The position numbers and the translations under genes were made by a program. A stretch of 64,000 nt of DNA from an uncultured delta proteobacterium (GTDB lineage Bacteria; Desulfobacterota; Binatia; UBA9968): positions 32,001-96,000 of the forward strand of contig CAVXEP010000003.1 of assembly GCA_963760795.1 (NCBI GenBank), in the 5' to 3' direction. Shown one piece after another: positions 19,151 to 28,700 of this stretch; the stretch's first letter is position 1; every line of letters begins with the position of its first letter. Under the pieces are notes generated by a model. It did not search any database. It saw only the letters and a program-made list of their open reading frames with translations, and had not been told where the DNA came from.

Positions 19151-21589
19151 TCAGGCCACCGGCAATCGGACCGTAAATGTCGTGCCCTTGCCCACTGCGC
19201 TCTTGTAACTAATGCTGCCGCTATGGGCAGCAAGAATCTGCCGGACAATCGTCATGCCGATACCGGTGCCGAAGGACTTTGTCGTAAAGAACGGTTCGAA
19301 GACATCGACCTCGGGCGGTATACCCGCGCCGCTGTCGGCAACCTCCAAAATGACCGCCGCAGTGCCAGCCGACCCGCGAAACAAGAGGTTGCCGCCATTC
19401 GGCATCGCCTCCACGGCGTTTTTTGCCAGGTTCAAAATCACCTGTTTAATCTTGTCGATATCGACGCGTACTTTCGGCAGGTCCGTGGCGAATTGCGCTG
19501 CGACCGCCACACCGCGTTCGGTACAATAAGGCAACTCGATCTCGATTACCTCGGCGACCAGCTCGGCCAATCTGGCGAGCTGAAAATTGTAAGTCTCTTT
19601 GCGCGACAGCGAACGAAAATCTTGCAGCAGCGTGTCGAGCCGGGATATTTCAGACTTCAAGCGCGCCAGGGTTGAAGTTGCCTGCTCGTCGAGAGCCGGC
19701 AATTGCTTCCTCAGCCGCTGCTCCAAAAGCTGCACTGTCAATGACATCCCGTTCAGTGGATTACCGAGCTCATGGCCGAATTTCGCCGCCATGCTGCCGA
19801 TGGTCGCCAACCGTTCGCTTTCGACGGCTTGTTGCTGCAGTTTTACCTTATCGGAAATATCGCGGATGAACGCGCCGTATTGAGCTTCCTGATCGCTGGG
19901 AATCTTCGCCACCGACAACTCGATCGGAAAGGTTTCGCCGTTCTTGCGCTTTGCGGTTACCGTACGGATGCGACCGATGGCATGAGCTTCGCCGGTCCGT
20001 TCGTACCGTTCGAGATAGGCGTCATGCTCCGAGGTGTAGGGTTCGGGCATGAGCATGTTGACTTTCTGACCGACAACTTCTTCTGGTTGATAGCCGAAGA
20101 TTCGTTGCGCCGCTGGATTGAACAGGACGATTCGCGCATGCCGATCGATGGACACCACCGCGTCTTGAGTTGTCTCGATCAGACTACGCACCCAGGCTTC
20201 GGCGCGCCGCTGTTCGGTCACATCGCGCATGATCACTTGGACCGCGCTGCCGTCATCCCACGCCAGCGGCGCAGCGACGGTCTCGGCATAGACAAACGAA
20301 CCGTCGAGACGGATCCGGCGTTGAATACTCGGCGGGTTGGGCTGGCCCGAGGCCATTGCCCGCTCGTAGCGCTGCTCGACTTCGGCTTCTCGTTCCGGGT
20401 CGACGAACTCGAACGGTGAGCGGCCGAGTAGATCTTCCGGAGAAGCCGCGCCAAGCAGACGGGCTGCCGCGTTGTTGGCGTAGACAATTTTTTTATTGAA
20501 GTTAACCAGCACCGCGTCCGGGTTGACCTCGACGAGAGTTTGATAGCGCGACTGCGCCGCTCTGAGTTCCGCTTCAACGGTTGTTCGGTGCTGGAGCTCG
20601 GTCGAAAGGTCGCGGGTAACCTCCTCGACACGCAAGGCCAGACGCGCATCGCGAAAAAACCATAAATAGCTGATCGCGCTAAGAAACAACGCACTGGAGA
20701 GCGCGCCGCTATCGAATATCGCTAAGTCGCGGTGGATCGCGCCACTCCAACCGTTGTTCGGAATCGCCGCCAGGTCCCAGTGACCGTCCGGCAAATCGAC
20801 CCGAAAGACCATGGGATTAGAATCGAAAACCGCCGGATTTCCGAAGAACGCCCGGCCAATTCCGTCTCGCAGTGCCAATTGCATGCTTTGCTGGGACAAT
20901 AGCCCGACCTCTGCCAAGATCGGCGGTAACTCTAGCGCCACAGTGACCAATCCCCAAAACTGTTCCTGGTGAAACACCGCCAACCGAGCCACCGCGCCGA
21001 ATCCGCCCTCCCGCATTGCGTAAGGGCCGCTGATGACGATCTTGCGCGATTGAATTGCCCGAGCGGCATCTTCGCGCACCTCGGAACGGGGGTCCGTTAA
21101 GATATTGAGCCCGACGAGCGCTTCGTTGCCGGCCCGTGGATAGACGAGCCGAGCCACGCCATCCGGCGCGACCGACAAACTACGCACGCCAACAACGTTT
21201 TCGCTAAGCTGGCGGGCGAAAGGCTCGAATTTTTCAGTTAGTTCGGTTTGCGAAGAAGTGGTACCGATCCAGGCGCCAAAACCATAAATGATATCGAAGC
21301 GCCGCCGCAGATCGATGGTCAGTGCGTTGCCGTAGGGATCGAGTTCGGCACGCACATCGCCGCGCAGTTCAGTCAGCAGGGTGTTGCGATACCAGACATG
21401 GGCGCCCCACCATAACGCCAAGAGGGCGGCGAGAACCAATAGCGCAAGCGCCATGGCTTTGCACCTCGGTATCGTCAAGTAGCTTGAAACGGGATCGGTA
21501 TCAAATCGAATGGAATCCGCCACGCGGTATTTTTCGCACTGTCGCGAAATGAATACAAACCCATTTTCGTCGCTGTAAACAAGAATCAC
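19151..21589 (-). CDS. Sensor histidine kinase, TM-CHASE-TM-PAS-PAS(FixL-like heme)-HisKA-HATPase
   Basis: CHASE-like periplasmic region; second PAS NMLMPEPYTSEHDAYLERYERTGEAHAIG; H-box HELGNPL. The true start is probably ~21454-21478. Confidence 0.9.
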   Translation of the reverse strand: MILVYSDENGFVFISRQCEKYRVADSIRFDTDPVSSYLTIPRCKAMALALLVLAALLALWWGAHVWYRNTLLTELRGDVRAELDPYGNALTIDLRRRFDIIYGFGAWIGTTSSQTELTEKFEPFARQLSENVVGVRSLSVAPDGVARLVYPRAGNEALVGLNILTDPRSEVREDAARAIQSRKIVISGPYAMREGGFGAVARLAVFHQEQFWGLVTVALELPPILAEVGLLSQQSMQLALRDGIGRAFFGNPAVFDSNPMVFRVDLPDGHWDLAAIPNNGWSGAIHRDLAIFDSGALSSALFLSAISYLWFFRDARLALRVEEVTRDLSTELQHRTTVEAELRAAQSRYQTLVEVNPDAVLVNFNKKIVYANNAAARLLGAASPEDLLGRSPFEFVDPEREAEVEQRYERAMASGQPNPPSIQRRIRLDGSFVYAETVAAPLAWDDGSAVQVIMRDVTEQRRAEAWVRSLIETTQDAVVSIDRHARIVLFNPAAQRIFGYQPEEVVGQKVNMLMPEPYTSEHDAYLERYERTGEAHAIGRIRTVTAKRKNGETFPIELSVAKIPSDQEAQYGAFIRDISDKVKLQQQAVESERLATIGSMAAKFGHELGNPLNGMSLTVQLLEQRLRKQLPALDEQATSTLARLKSEISRLDTLLQDFRSLSRKETYNFQLARLAELVAEVIEIELPYCTERGVAVAAQFATDLPKVRVDIDKIKQVILNLAKNAVEAMPNGGNLLFRGSAGTAAVILEVADSGAGIPPEVDVFEPFFTTKSFGTGIGMTIVRQILAAHSGSISYKSAVGKGTTFTVRLPVA

Positions 21590-21621
21590 AGGTCAGTGAG
21601 ATCGGAACTAAACACTTGGAA

Positions 21622-22053
21622 TCACTTGGCGCCATGACACCTGACGCATGCGCTGGTCACTGGAGCGGCGAGGAGATAATTCGGCGGCTCGCGCTCGATG
21701 GCTTCACGGGCAATCTTTAGATCGCGCCGAAACGTCGGTAGATTCATCTCGACCTGCGGATGGTTGGTCGGCCAGCCGGACTGGTCGAGCTTCTCCGCCG
21801 CCTGTTCCATGGCGCGCAGGTGCTCGACGATCTCGTCGCGATGCTCCTGCAGCGCGTCGTCTTGGCGCATCAATTGATTGACTTCGCGCCCATGCGCCGC
21901 CAGCACGCGCATGATGCCGCGAACTTCATCGCGTTCGATATAGCGGAACTCAGGCGGATAGGTAAACTGGCGGACCCAGCGGGCCACGTCAGAGCAGCCT
22001 GACAATTGCACGGCAATCACAGTTGCCAACATTAAACGAGAACTCACCGCCAC
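21622..22053 (-). CDS. c-type cytochrome lipoprotein (cytochrome c'-like, C-terminal CxxCH)
   Basis: Lipobox LSGC, helical body, terminal CVRCH. Confidence 0.75.
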   Translation of the reverse strand: MAVSSRLMLATVIAVQLSGCSDVARWVRQFTYPPEFRYIERDEVRGIMRVLAAHGREVNQLMRQDDALQEHRDEIVEHLRAMEQAAEKLDQSGWPTNHPQVEMNLPTFRRDLKIAREAIEREPPNYLLAAPVTSACVRCHGAK

Positions 22054-22094
22054 CTCCCGGATTTCATCGGATAATCACCTCCATCGATTGACTA

Positions 22095-22148
22095 CGCATT
22101 CTTCTTGCCAACGACAACAGACCTGGTGCCAATGGACCCAATCTTGCT
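22095..22148. promoter_or_regulatory. Back-to-back sigma-54 promoters
   Basis: Minus strand TTGGCAAGAAGAATGCG (22095-22111); plus strand TGGACCCAATCTTGCT (22133-22148). Confidence 0.6.
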
Positions 22149-22230
22149 AACTTGGGCAAGACAGAGGTTTACGGCAACTAACTTTAGGAGAAGTGGGAAA
22201 CGCAAGCAGTTTATTTTCCCAGAGTCGAGA

Positions 22231-22713
22231 ATGAACGATGGCAGATCGAGAATACAGACGGTAGCACCTTCGGTTCTAGTAGCGGAAAGAGAACCAACTT
22301 CACGGGCGAGCTTGAGCGAGCTCCTGCGCGAAGAGGGTTACCAGGTCGTCGAAGCTGCCGACAGCGGCACGGCGTTGATCCAGCTTAACCGTGATCCGAG
22401 TATAAAAATCGTCCTTTCCGACCTGGAAATGCCGTCCTGGGCCACTATCGTCAAACAGGCCCGCAGCCGACTGCCGGAACCATTAATTCTCGGCATGGTG
22501 CGCTACGGCGCCCTCGCCAACGGCCTCGAAGCCCAACGCCTCGGCGCCCAAGCATATCTCGTTAAACCGTTAGAATTTGCCCATGTGAATCAGTGGATCC
22601 AACGATTCCTCACGGGACGGGTTGCAGATCACGACCTAAGCGCGGCTGGCATCGAGTTTGCGCTTATAAATTGTGCAGCAATGTTAATACCGATGGGTTT
22701 AAACCGGAGGTAA
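22231..22713 (+). CDS. Stand-alone response regulator receiver
   Basis: VLVAERE...LSDLEMP...YLVKP. The C-terminus is possibly extended by a frameshift (TAA near 22637). Confidence 0.75.
   Translation: MNDGRSRIQTVAPSVLVAEREPTSRASLSELLREEGYQVVEAADSGTALIQLNRDPSIKIVLSDLEMPSWATIVKQARSRLPEPLILGMVRYGALANGLEAQRLGAQAYLVKPLEFAHVNQWIQRFLTGRVADHDLSAAGIEFALINCAAMLIPMGLNRR
22646..22662 (+). promoter_or_regulatory. Sigma-54 promoter
   Basis: CTGGCATCGAGTTTGCG, GG-N10-GC. Confidence 0.7.
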
Positions 22714-22715
22714 TT

Positions 22716-22823
22716 ATGGCAAACGAAACCGAACTCATTTACTTGGTCCTGATCATCATCTTGACCATGGTCCTGCACATGATCCTGGCGAAAAAAGGGC
22801 CGCGGGCGAATGGTAAAGCCTAG
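22716..22823 (+). CDS. Small single-pass membrane protein (35 aa)
   Basis: MANETELIYLVLIIILTMVLHMILAKKGPRANGKA, GGAGG RBS, upstream sigma-54 promoter. Confidence 0.6.
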   Translation: MANETELIYLVLIIILTMVLHMILAKKGPRANGKA

Positions 22824-22849
22824 TCGACGGTCAACGCAGAAGCCCGTGA

Positions 22850-23365
22850 GTGGATCAGCGGTCGAATTCGCGATGCGGCGTGGCTTTACCTGCAATGAAC
22901 GAGCCTCGAAGAAAAGCTGATGAGGCGATTATGATGAACGAACCGACCACGACGGCAAGCGCCGATAGAACCGTCGCCGACGTGATGAGCACGGATCTAC
23001 TGACCTTGAAGCTTAACGACACCCTGCGTTTGGCCGACGATATGCTCAACCTGGCACAGGTACGCCATTTCCCAATCCTCGACGGTGACCGGGTCGCCGG
23101 CATCGTCAATCACGACGACCTGCTGCATGCCTCGATGGCTGCCTTAGTGCGCCATCCCAAAGACTCGCCGCGCGAAACTCTCGGCGCGGTTGCGATCAAA
23201 GATATTATGAAGCCGGCAACCACCGTCGGTCCGGACACTTCGATCCGTGCCGCCGCTGAGACCATGGTCGAAAGAGAGACCGAGGTATTGTTGGTGGTGC
23301 ACGGTGAAAAACTACTTGGCCTGGTGACGCGGACCGATTTGCTCCGCGAGCTGGCCAGACGTTGA
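22850..23365 (+). CDS. CBS-domain protein
   Basis: TVADVMST...VRHFPI...LGLVTRTDLL. Likely start ~22931. Confidence 0.85.
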   Translation: MDQRSNSRCGVALPAMNEPRRKADEAIMMNEPTTTASADRTVADVMSTDLLTLKLNDTLRLADDMLNLAQVRHFPILDGDRVAGIVNHDDLLHASMAALVRHPKDSPRETLGAVAIKDIMKPATTVGPDTSIRAAAETMVERETEVLLVVHGEKLLGLVTRTDLLRELARR

Positions 23366-23384
23366 AACGAGGGTGGAGCGAGCC

Positions 23385-23534
23385 ATGATTGTTGGCACCG
23401 CATGACCAAGGAACCGACTACCGTCGATCCGGAGGATTTATCGATCCGCGCCGCGCACAAGATGCAAGCCGGCCGCTTTCGTCGCCTGCCGGTGGTGAGC
23501 GACGGCACGGTCGTCGGCATCCAAACCCTTCCGC
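23385..23534 (+). pseudogene. Truncated CBS-domain protein
   Basis: MTKEPTTV...FRRLPVVSDGTVVGI, breaking off at the stop of the convergent gene. Confidence 0.65.
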
Positions 23535-24023
23535 TCACGCCGGCCAGATCGACTGCGGGTCGCTGCGCATCAGCATGCCGCGAATCTCGCTGCGGTGTCT
23601 TTCGCTGTCTTCGTAGATCCGTTCGAGCACCGCAGCGATATCCGGGAGCTCGTCGCGGACGGTCTGCATTATTTCAATCAGATCGTCCGAGCAGTGCTTT
23701 TCTTCTTCGAGATCGGCCAGCAAGTACTGCCAGCTGTTTTTCGTCGTTGGCGGCGATATCGGCACATTGGGAATTTTCCCGCCAAAGTGTGTGATTTTTT
23801 CCGCCAGCCACTCGGCGTGGCGCGCCTCATCCGCGGCCATGCGCAAGAGTCTCTCACGGAACTGTGGATACTGCATGCGCTCGGCGTGCGCGGTATAGCG
23901 CTGCACATGCTGCATCTCTTCGACGTAACGAGAAGCAAGAATCTTGATGATGTCACGGTAACCGCCGGCTGAAACGCCAAGGAACTGCAGCCACCAATCC
24001 GACCAGCTTTTCTCATAAGTCAT
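23535..24023 (-). CDS. Ferritin-like (bacterioferritin/rubrerythrin-fold) protein
   Basis: Di-iron type motifs EE, DEARH, EEE and DSERH. GAAGGG RBS before ATG 24023. Confidence 0.8.
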   Translation of the reverse strand: MTYEKSWSDWWLQFLGVSAGGYRDIIKILASRYVEEMQHVQRYTAHAERMQYPQFRERLLRMAADEARHAEWLAEKITHFGGKIPNVPISPPTTKNSWQYLLADLEEEKHCSDDLIEIMQTVRDELPDIAAVLERIYEDSERHRSEIRGMLMRSDPQSIWPA

Positions 24024-24080
24024 AACCGCCGCCCTTCCCTCATTTCGATTTTTCACTACACCCATCATACTAAAGGACTT

Positions 24081-24097
24081 AGCAAACAATGATCCAG
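24081..24097 (-). promoter_or_regulatory. Sigma-54 promoter for ferritin-like gene
   Basis: CTGGATCATTGTTTGCT, GG-N10-GC. Confidence 0.6.
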
Positions 24098-24936
24098 CCA
24101 GCTTTACTAACAATTGGCTGCAAGTAAGCGACGCGCCGGCAGTCCGGAGTTCATCGGATTTGCAGAAGTGAGAAGAGGCGCCCGCGATCCTCGCATAACT
24201 GACAAGCGTGCTTATTGATAATCCTACCGGGACATTGAAAATGCCCCAGCCGCGAGACACTAAGATTGCGCTAGCTAAAATATCGAAAGGAGAAACCTTC
24301 ACGCGAAATTTCACCTTCGGCGCCAACGGAGTTAACGCCGCTAGCCCGGTTTTCCGATACCGCGAAGGCAATCCTTGGCCAGCCGTATCTCCGGCGCAGT
24401 GCGGATCTTGAGGAAACGAATCTAAAGAGAAATTTCTAGGGGTGCTCAGCCGCCGCGGTTTGTCGCGTCATGACCGAACGATCCCATAAGACAGTGGGCA
24501 AGACGTAATCATTGGCGGCTTCGTAGAACTCACGATCATGATTCAACAAACTTCTCAAGCAGACCGGTTCAAACAGCAAATGCGCGATTCATTGTGGCGA
24601 TGAAGGTGCGCGACGAGATTATCGAGAGCGATGTGAAGAAGCCCTTCGAGAAGGCCGACTTCAAGAACCATCAGCGTAGAGGGGAAGAACAGCGTCGTGC
24701 GGCTAAGCAGTGCTAGCGCGCTTTATTCAGGGTGTGCGCGCGGTCAAGGACCAATTGCGGATTGCGCCAGCCAAGGGCTAGAGGTCGGCCGGATGAACAC
24801 CGCGTCACGCTAATGCGTTATGTTTGACAGACAATAAAAAAACAGGCGATCTTATTAATTTCGCGACACTCTACCGCAAAACCCTACCAGGCGAGTGCAT
24901 GGGGAGTTTGCCTCGGTGAAGGAAAGGAGCACGGCA

Positions 24937-25096
24937 ATGAGTGGAAAAAACCGATCAGATCAAAGGGCGGATTAAAGACGCCGCGGGTGCGCTGACGGAT
25001 GACGAGGACTTGAAACGAGCGGGGAAGCTCGACCAAGCGATGGGTAAGGTGACGGTAGCAGCGGAGAAGGCCATCGTAAAAGTGAAAGACGCCTGA
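24937..25096 (+). CDS. CsbD-family stress protein (+1 frameshift in A-run)
   Basis: MSGK-TDQIKGRIKDAAGALTDDEDLKRAGKLDQAMGKV after removing one A. AAGGAG RBS. Confidence 0.75.
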
Positions 25097-25162
25097 CCGA
25101 CTACAAATTTTAGAATCAAGGTAAATGACCGAGGTGGTTATTGTCCATAGAGGAGACAATCC

Positions 25163-25399
25163 ATGAATACAAACAGTGGAGTTCAACAAAAAATGATCCG
25201 AGTTATTGCTAGCGCGTTGCTGGTGCTCGGTGGCGCGTTAGTGGGTGTCGGCTGCGAGCGCGAAGGAGCCGTCGAGAAGGCCGGCAAGCAGGTCGACAAG
25301 GCTGTCGAGGCGGCAAAGGACAAGCTCAATCCCGAAGGACCCGCCGAAAAAGCCGGCAAGCAGGTCGACAAGGCGATCGAAGAGGTGAAGGGCAAGTAA
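25163..25399 (+). CDS. Small lipoprotein with duplicated EKAGKQVDKA repeat
   Basis: Lipobox VGC; DNA direct repeat GCCGGCAAGCAGGTCGACAAGGC occurs twice. Confidence 0.8.
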   Translation: MNTNSGVQQKMIRVIASALLVLGGALVGVGCEREGAVEKAGKQVDKAVEAAKDKLNPEGPAEKAGKQVDKAIEEVKGK

Positions 25400-25772
25400 A
25401 CTCGCTTCCTCAATTTCGCGGGCGGGGCCTTTGCCCCGGCCCCTCGGGCCACAGGCTTTTCTCGCTACGACCAGCGTGGCGCTCACTGGCCACTCTCTTC
25501 GCCCTGGCTATTTCCTGGTTATATCAAAGGCCGCTTTACCGGTCCCCACCGCCTCGTAGTCCGAACGAAACGACAACCGCAGCAGTCATCGCCGGGTAAG
25601 ACGCTCGTCGCACGAGTACACGTCCATGTTTTTTATCACCAGTTTCACCTAAATCGTACGCCGAATCGACACTGGATTAGCGACTAACATTAGACACCAA
25701 TGCCAGAAATCCGGCGTTTGTCCCACGTTCCCAGCTCTACGTGTTCCTCCTGACGGCTGAACTTGATAGCCT

Positions 25773-28700
25773 GTGAATGAGCCCGACCCAAGCCGGGATG
25801 ACCGTGAGGTATTTGGATTGAAAATACTATTTCTTCAGAACCTGCGACGAAGGCTCTTTTCAGACGCGGTTGTTCTTTCGCAGGTCGAGGAACCGATTCG
25901 GGCTGAACTCTTCAGCGCCGAGCGTCTTGAGCAGCACGCTGAAAGCCTTGCCGCCGCCCAGGGTGTCACACCCACGCCGCGCAAAGGTCGTCCCCTGTTG
26001 CCGCGCGTGCTGGACAACGGGCGGGTGTTGCTCGAATCGTATCGTTCAATTGCCCAGGCGATCCAAGATGAGCGCGCCATCACGCCTGCGGCGGAGTGGC
26101 TGGTCGACAATTATCACATCGTCGACGAACAGCTGCGCGAAATCCACGACGACCTGCCATCCGGCTATTATCGAGGGCTGCCTAAGCTGGCCGAGGGCCC
26201 ACTCCAAGGGTACCCGCGCGTCTATGGGCTGGCCTGGGCATTCGTCGCCCATACGGACAGCCGGTTTGACCCCGAAATGCTTCGTCGCTTCGTGCGCGCT
26301 TACCAGCGTGTGCAGCCTTTGACCATCGGCGAGCTCTGGGCAGTCGCGATCACCTTGCGGGTGGTGCTGGTGGAAAATCTCCGCCGCCTAGCGGAGCGCA
26401 TCGTCCATGACCGAGCGGCACGCCAGGAAGCCGACACGGTGGCCGACCGCTTGCTCGGACTTGGCGGACGATCAACCGAGCCTGCGGCTACGGTTCTGCG
26501 ACAGTTCGAGGGGGCGCCGTTGGCGGCGTCCTTCATAGTGCAGCTCGTCCAGCGCTTGCGCGACCAGGATCCGATGGTCATGCCGACTCTTCGATGGATT
26601 GAGAAACGCCTAGCAGCTCAGGGCACAGTGGCAGATGAGATTGTCCGGGTCGAGCACCAGCGGCAAGCAGCGATGAATGTGACCGTGCGCAACGTGATCA
26701 CCAGCATGCACGTGATTTCCGCCTTCGACTGGGCGGAATTCTTTGAGAGCGTCAGTCTTGTCGATGCAATACTCTGGACCGACACTGGCTTTGCCGCGCC
26801 GGACTTCGCGACACGAGATCGTTACCGGCGGGCAATCGAAGAACTCTCGCGGTGCTCACCCCATGAAGAACGTGAAGTTGCCCGGCGGGCGGTTGTTCGA
26901 GCGAAACACTTCCAGGGTGAAGCGCAAGGAGCCAATGACCCAACTGCGGACCGCCGCGCCGATCCCGGCTATTATCTGATCGCCAATGGGCGTGTCGCCT
27001 TCGAACAGGATCTCGGCTTTCGCATGCCGATCAAAACTTGGCTTCGCCGCGCCTATGTGACTCAAGCGACGCCTCGCTACCTTGGAACGATCGCGATTGT
27101 CAGCGCGTTCATCCTCGGTTTGTTTCTGTTCAATTCCGGCGCAGCGGAAGTTGGAGTCGTCGGTGTGCTTCTAGTCGGGCTTCTTGCTCTCATCCCAGCT
27201 TCGGATCTGGCGATCGCACTAGTCAATCGTGAGGTTACGGAGATGCTTGGGCCGCGGGCGCTGCCGAGGCTGGCGCTCCGTGATGGTGTGCCAGCAGATC
27301 TGCGTACCTTAGTGGTCGTCCCGACACTCCTGTCCGGCCACGCCCAGATTGCCGAGCAGATTGAGCGGTTGGAAGTGCACTATCTGGCGAATTCAGACGG
27401 CGATCTTCGTTTCGCGTTACTCACCGACTGGAAAGACGCGCCGCAAGAAAACATGCCGGGAGACGACGAACTGCTGGCCGCGGCCATCGACGGCATCGCG
27501 CGGTTGAACCGGCGCCATGGTCCCGCGCCGGATGGCAACGGGAGATTTTTCATTTTCCACCGTCGGCGCGGATGGAATCAGAGCGAGCGCAAGTGGATCG
27601 GCTGGGAACGCAAACGTGGCAAACTTCATGAACTGAATCGCTTGTTGCGCGGTGCCACAGATACCACCTTCTGTGTCAGCGGACGGTAGCGCGCCAATCG
27701 TGCCTTCCGGCATCCGCTACGTCATCACCCTGGATGCCGACACGCGGCTGCCAAGGGGGGCCGCTTGCCGATTGGTCGGCACAATGGCGCATCCCCTCAA
27801 TCGGCCTCGGTTCGACCCTCTTGTCGGCAGGGTCGTTGAGGGCTACGCCTTGCTTCAACCGCGCGTCACGCCGACCCTTCCAACCGATCGCGAGGGTTCC
27901 CTTTTCCAGAGGATCTCCTCAGGGCCGGCTGGCATTGACCCGTACGCCTCTGCCGTCTCCGACGTCTATCAGGATCTTTTCGGCGAAGGTTCTTACATCG
28001 GCAAGGGAATTTATGACGTCGATGCATTTGAGGCCGCGCTTGCCGGAAGGGTGCCGGAAAATGCCTTACTAAGTCACGACCTCTTTGAAGGTATCTTTGC
28101 GCGGGCGGGACTGGTCACCGATATCGAGTTCTTCGAGGAGTTTCCCGCGCACTACGAGGTCGCCGTGGTCCGCCAGCATCGCTGGGCGCGCGGTGACTGG
28201 CAGTTGCTGTCGTGGATCATCGGGCAGGCACCGGACATGGGCCGCGCTCGGATCCGTACCTCGATTCCGCTGATCGGCCGCTGGAAGATGCTTGATAATC
28301 TCCGCCGCACGCTGTCGGCACCGGCCGCCCTTCTGACTTTGATTGCCGGTTGGACGCTGCCGTTCGCTTCGCCGGTGATCTGGACCACATTCGTGCTCGC
28401 ATGCATCGCCGTCCCTCCCCTATTGTCCGTCTTGACTGGGTTGATCCCGCATCGGCGCGGAATTTCGAAACGCAGCCACGTACGGGCAGTGGGCACGGAC
28501 CTAGTGCTTGCCGCGTCGCACGTCGGACTCACGGTCACATTACTCGCCGACCAGGCATGGTTGATGGCCGACGCCATCATCCGGACTCTCTGGCGCGTCT
28601 ATGTGAGCCGCCGCAGGCTCCTTGAATGGGTGACAGCAGCGCAAGCGCAGTCCGGTTTGGACCTCAGCCTTATCAGCTTCTATCGCCGCATGAACGGCAC

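Noticed and set aside
24420-24880. Possible gene remnant or ncRNA
   Set aside because: No ORF with a recognisable motif and no convincing structure.
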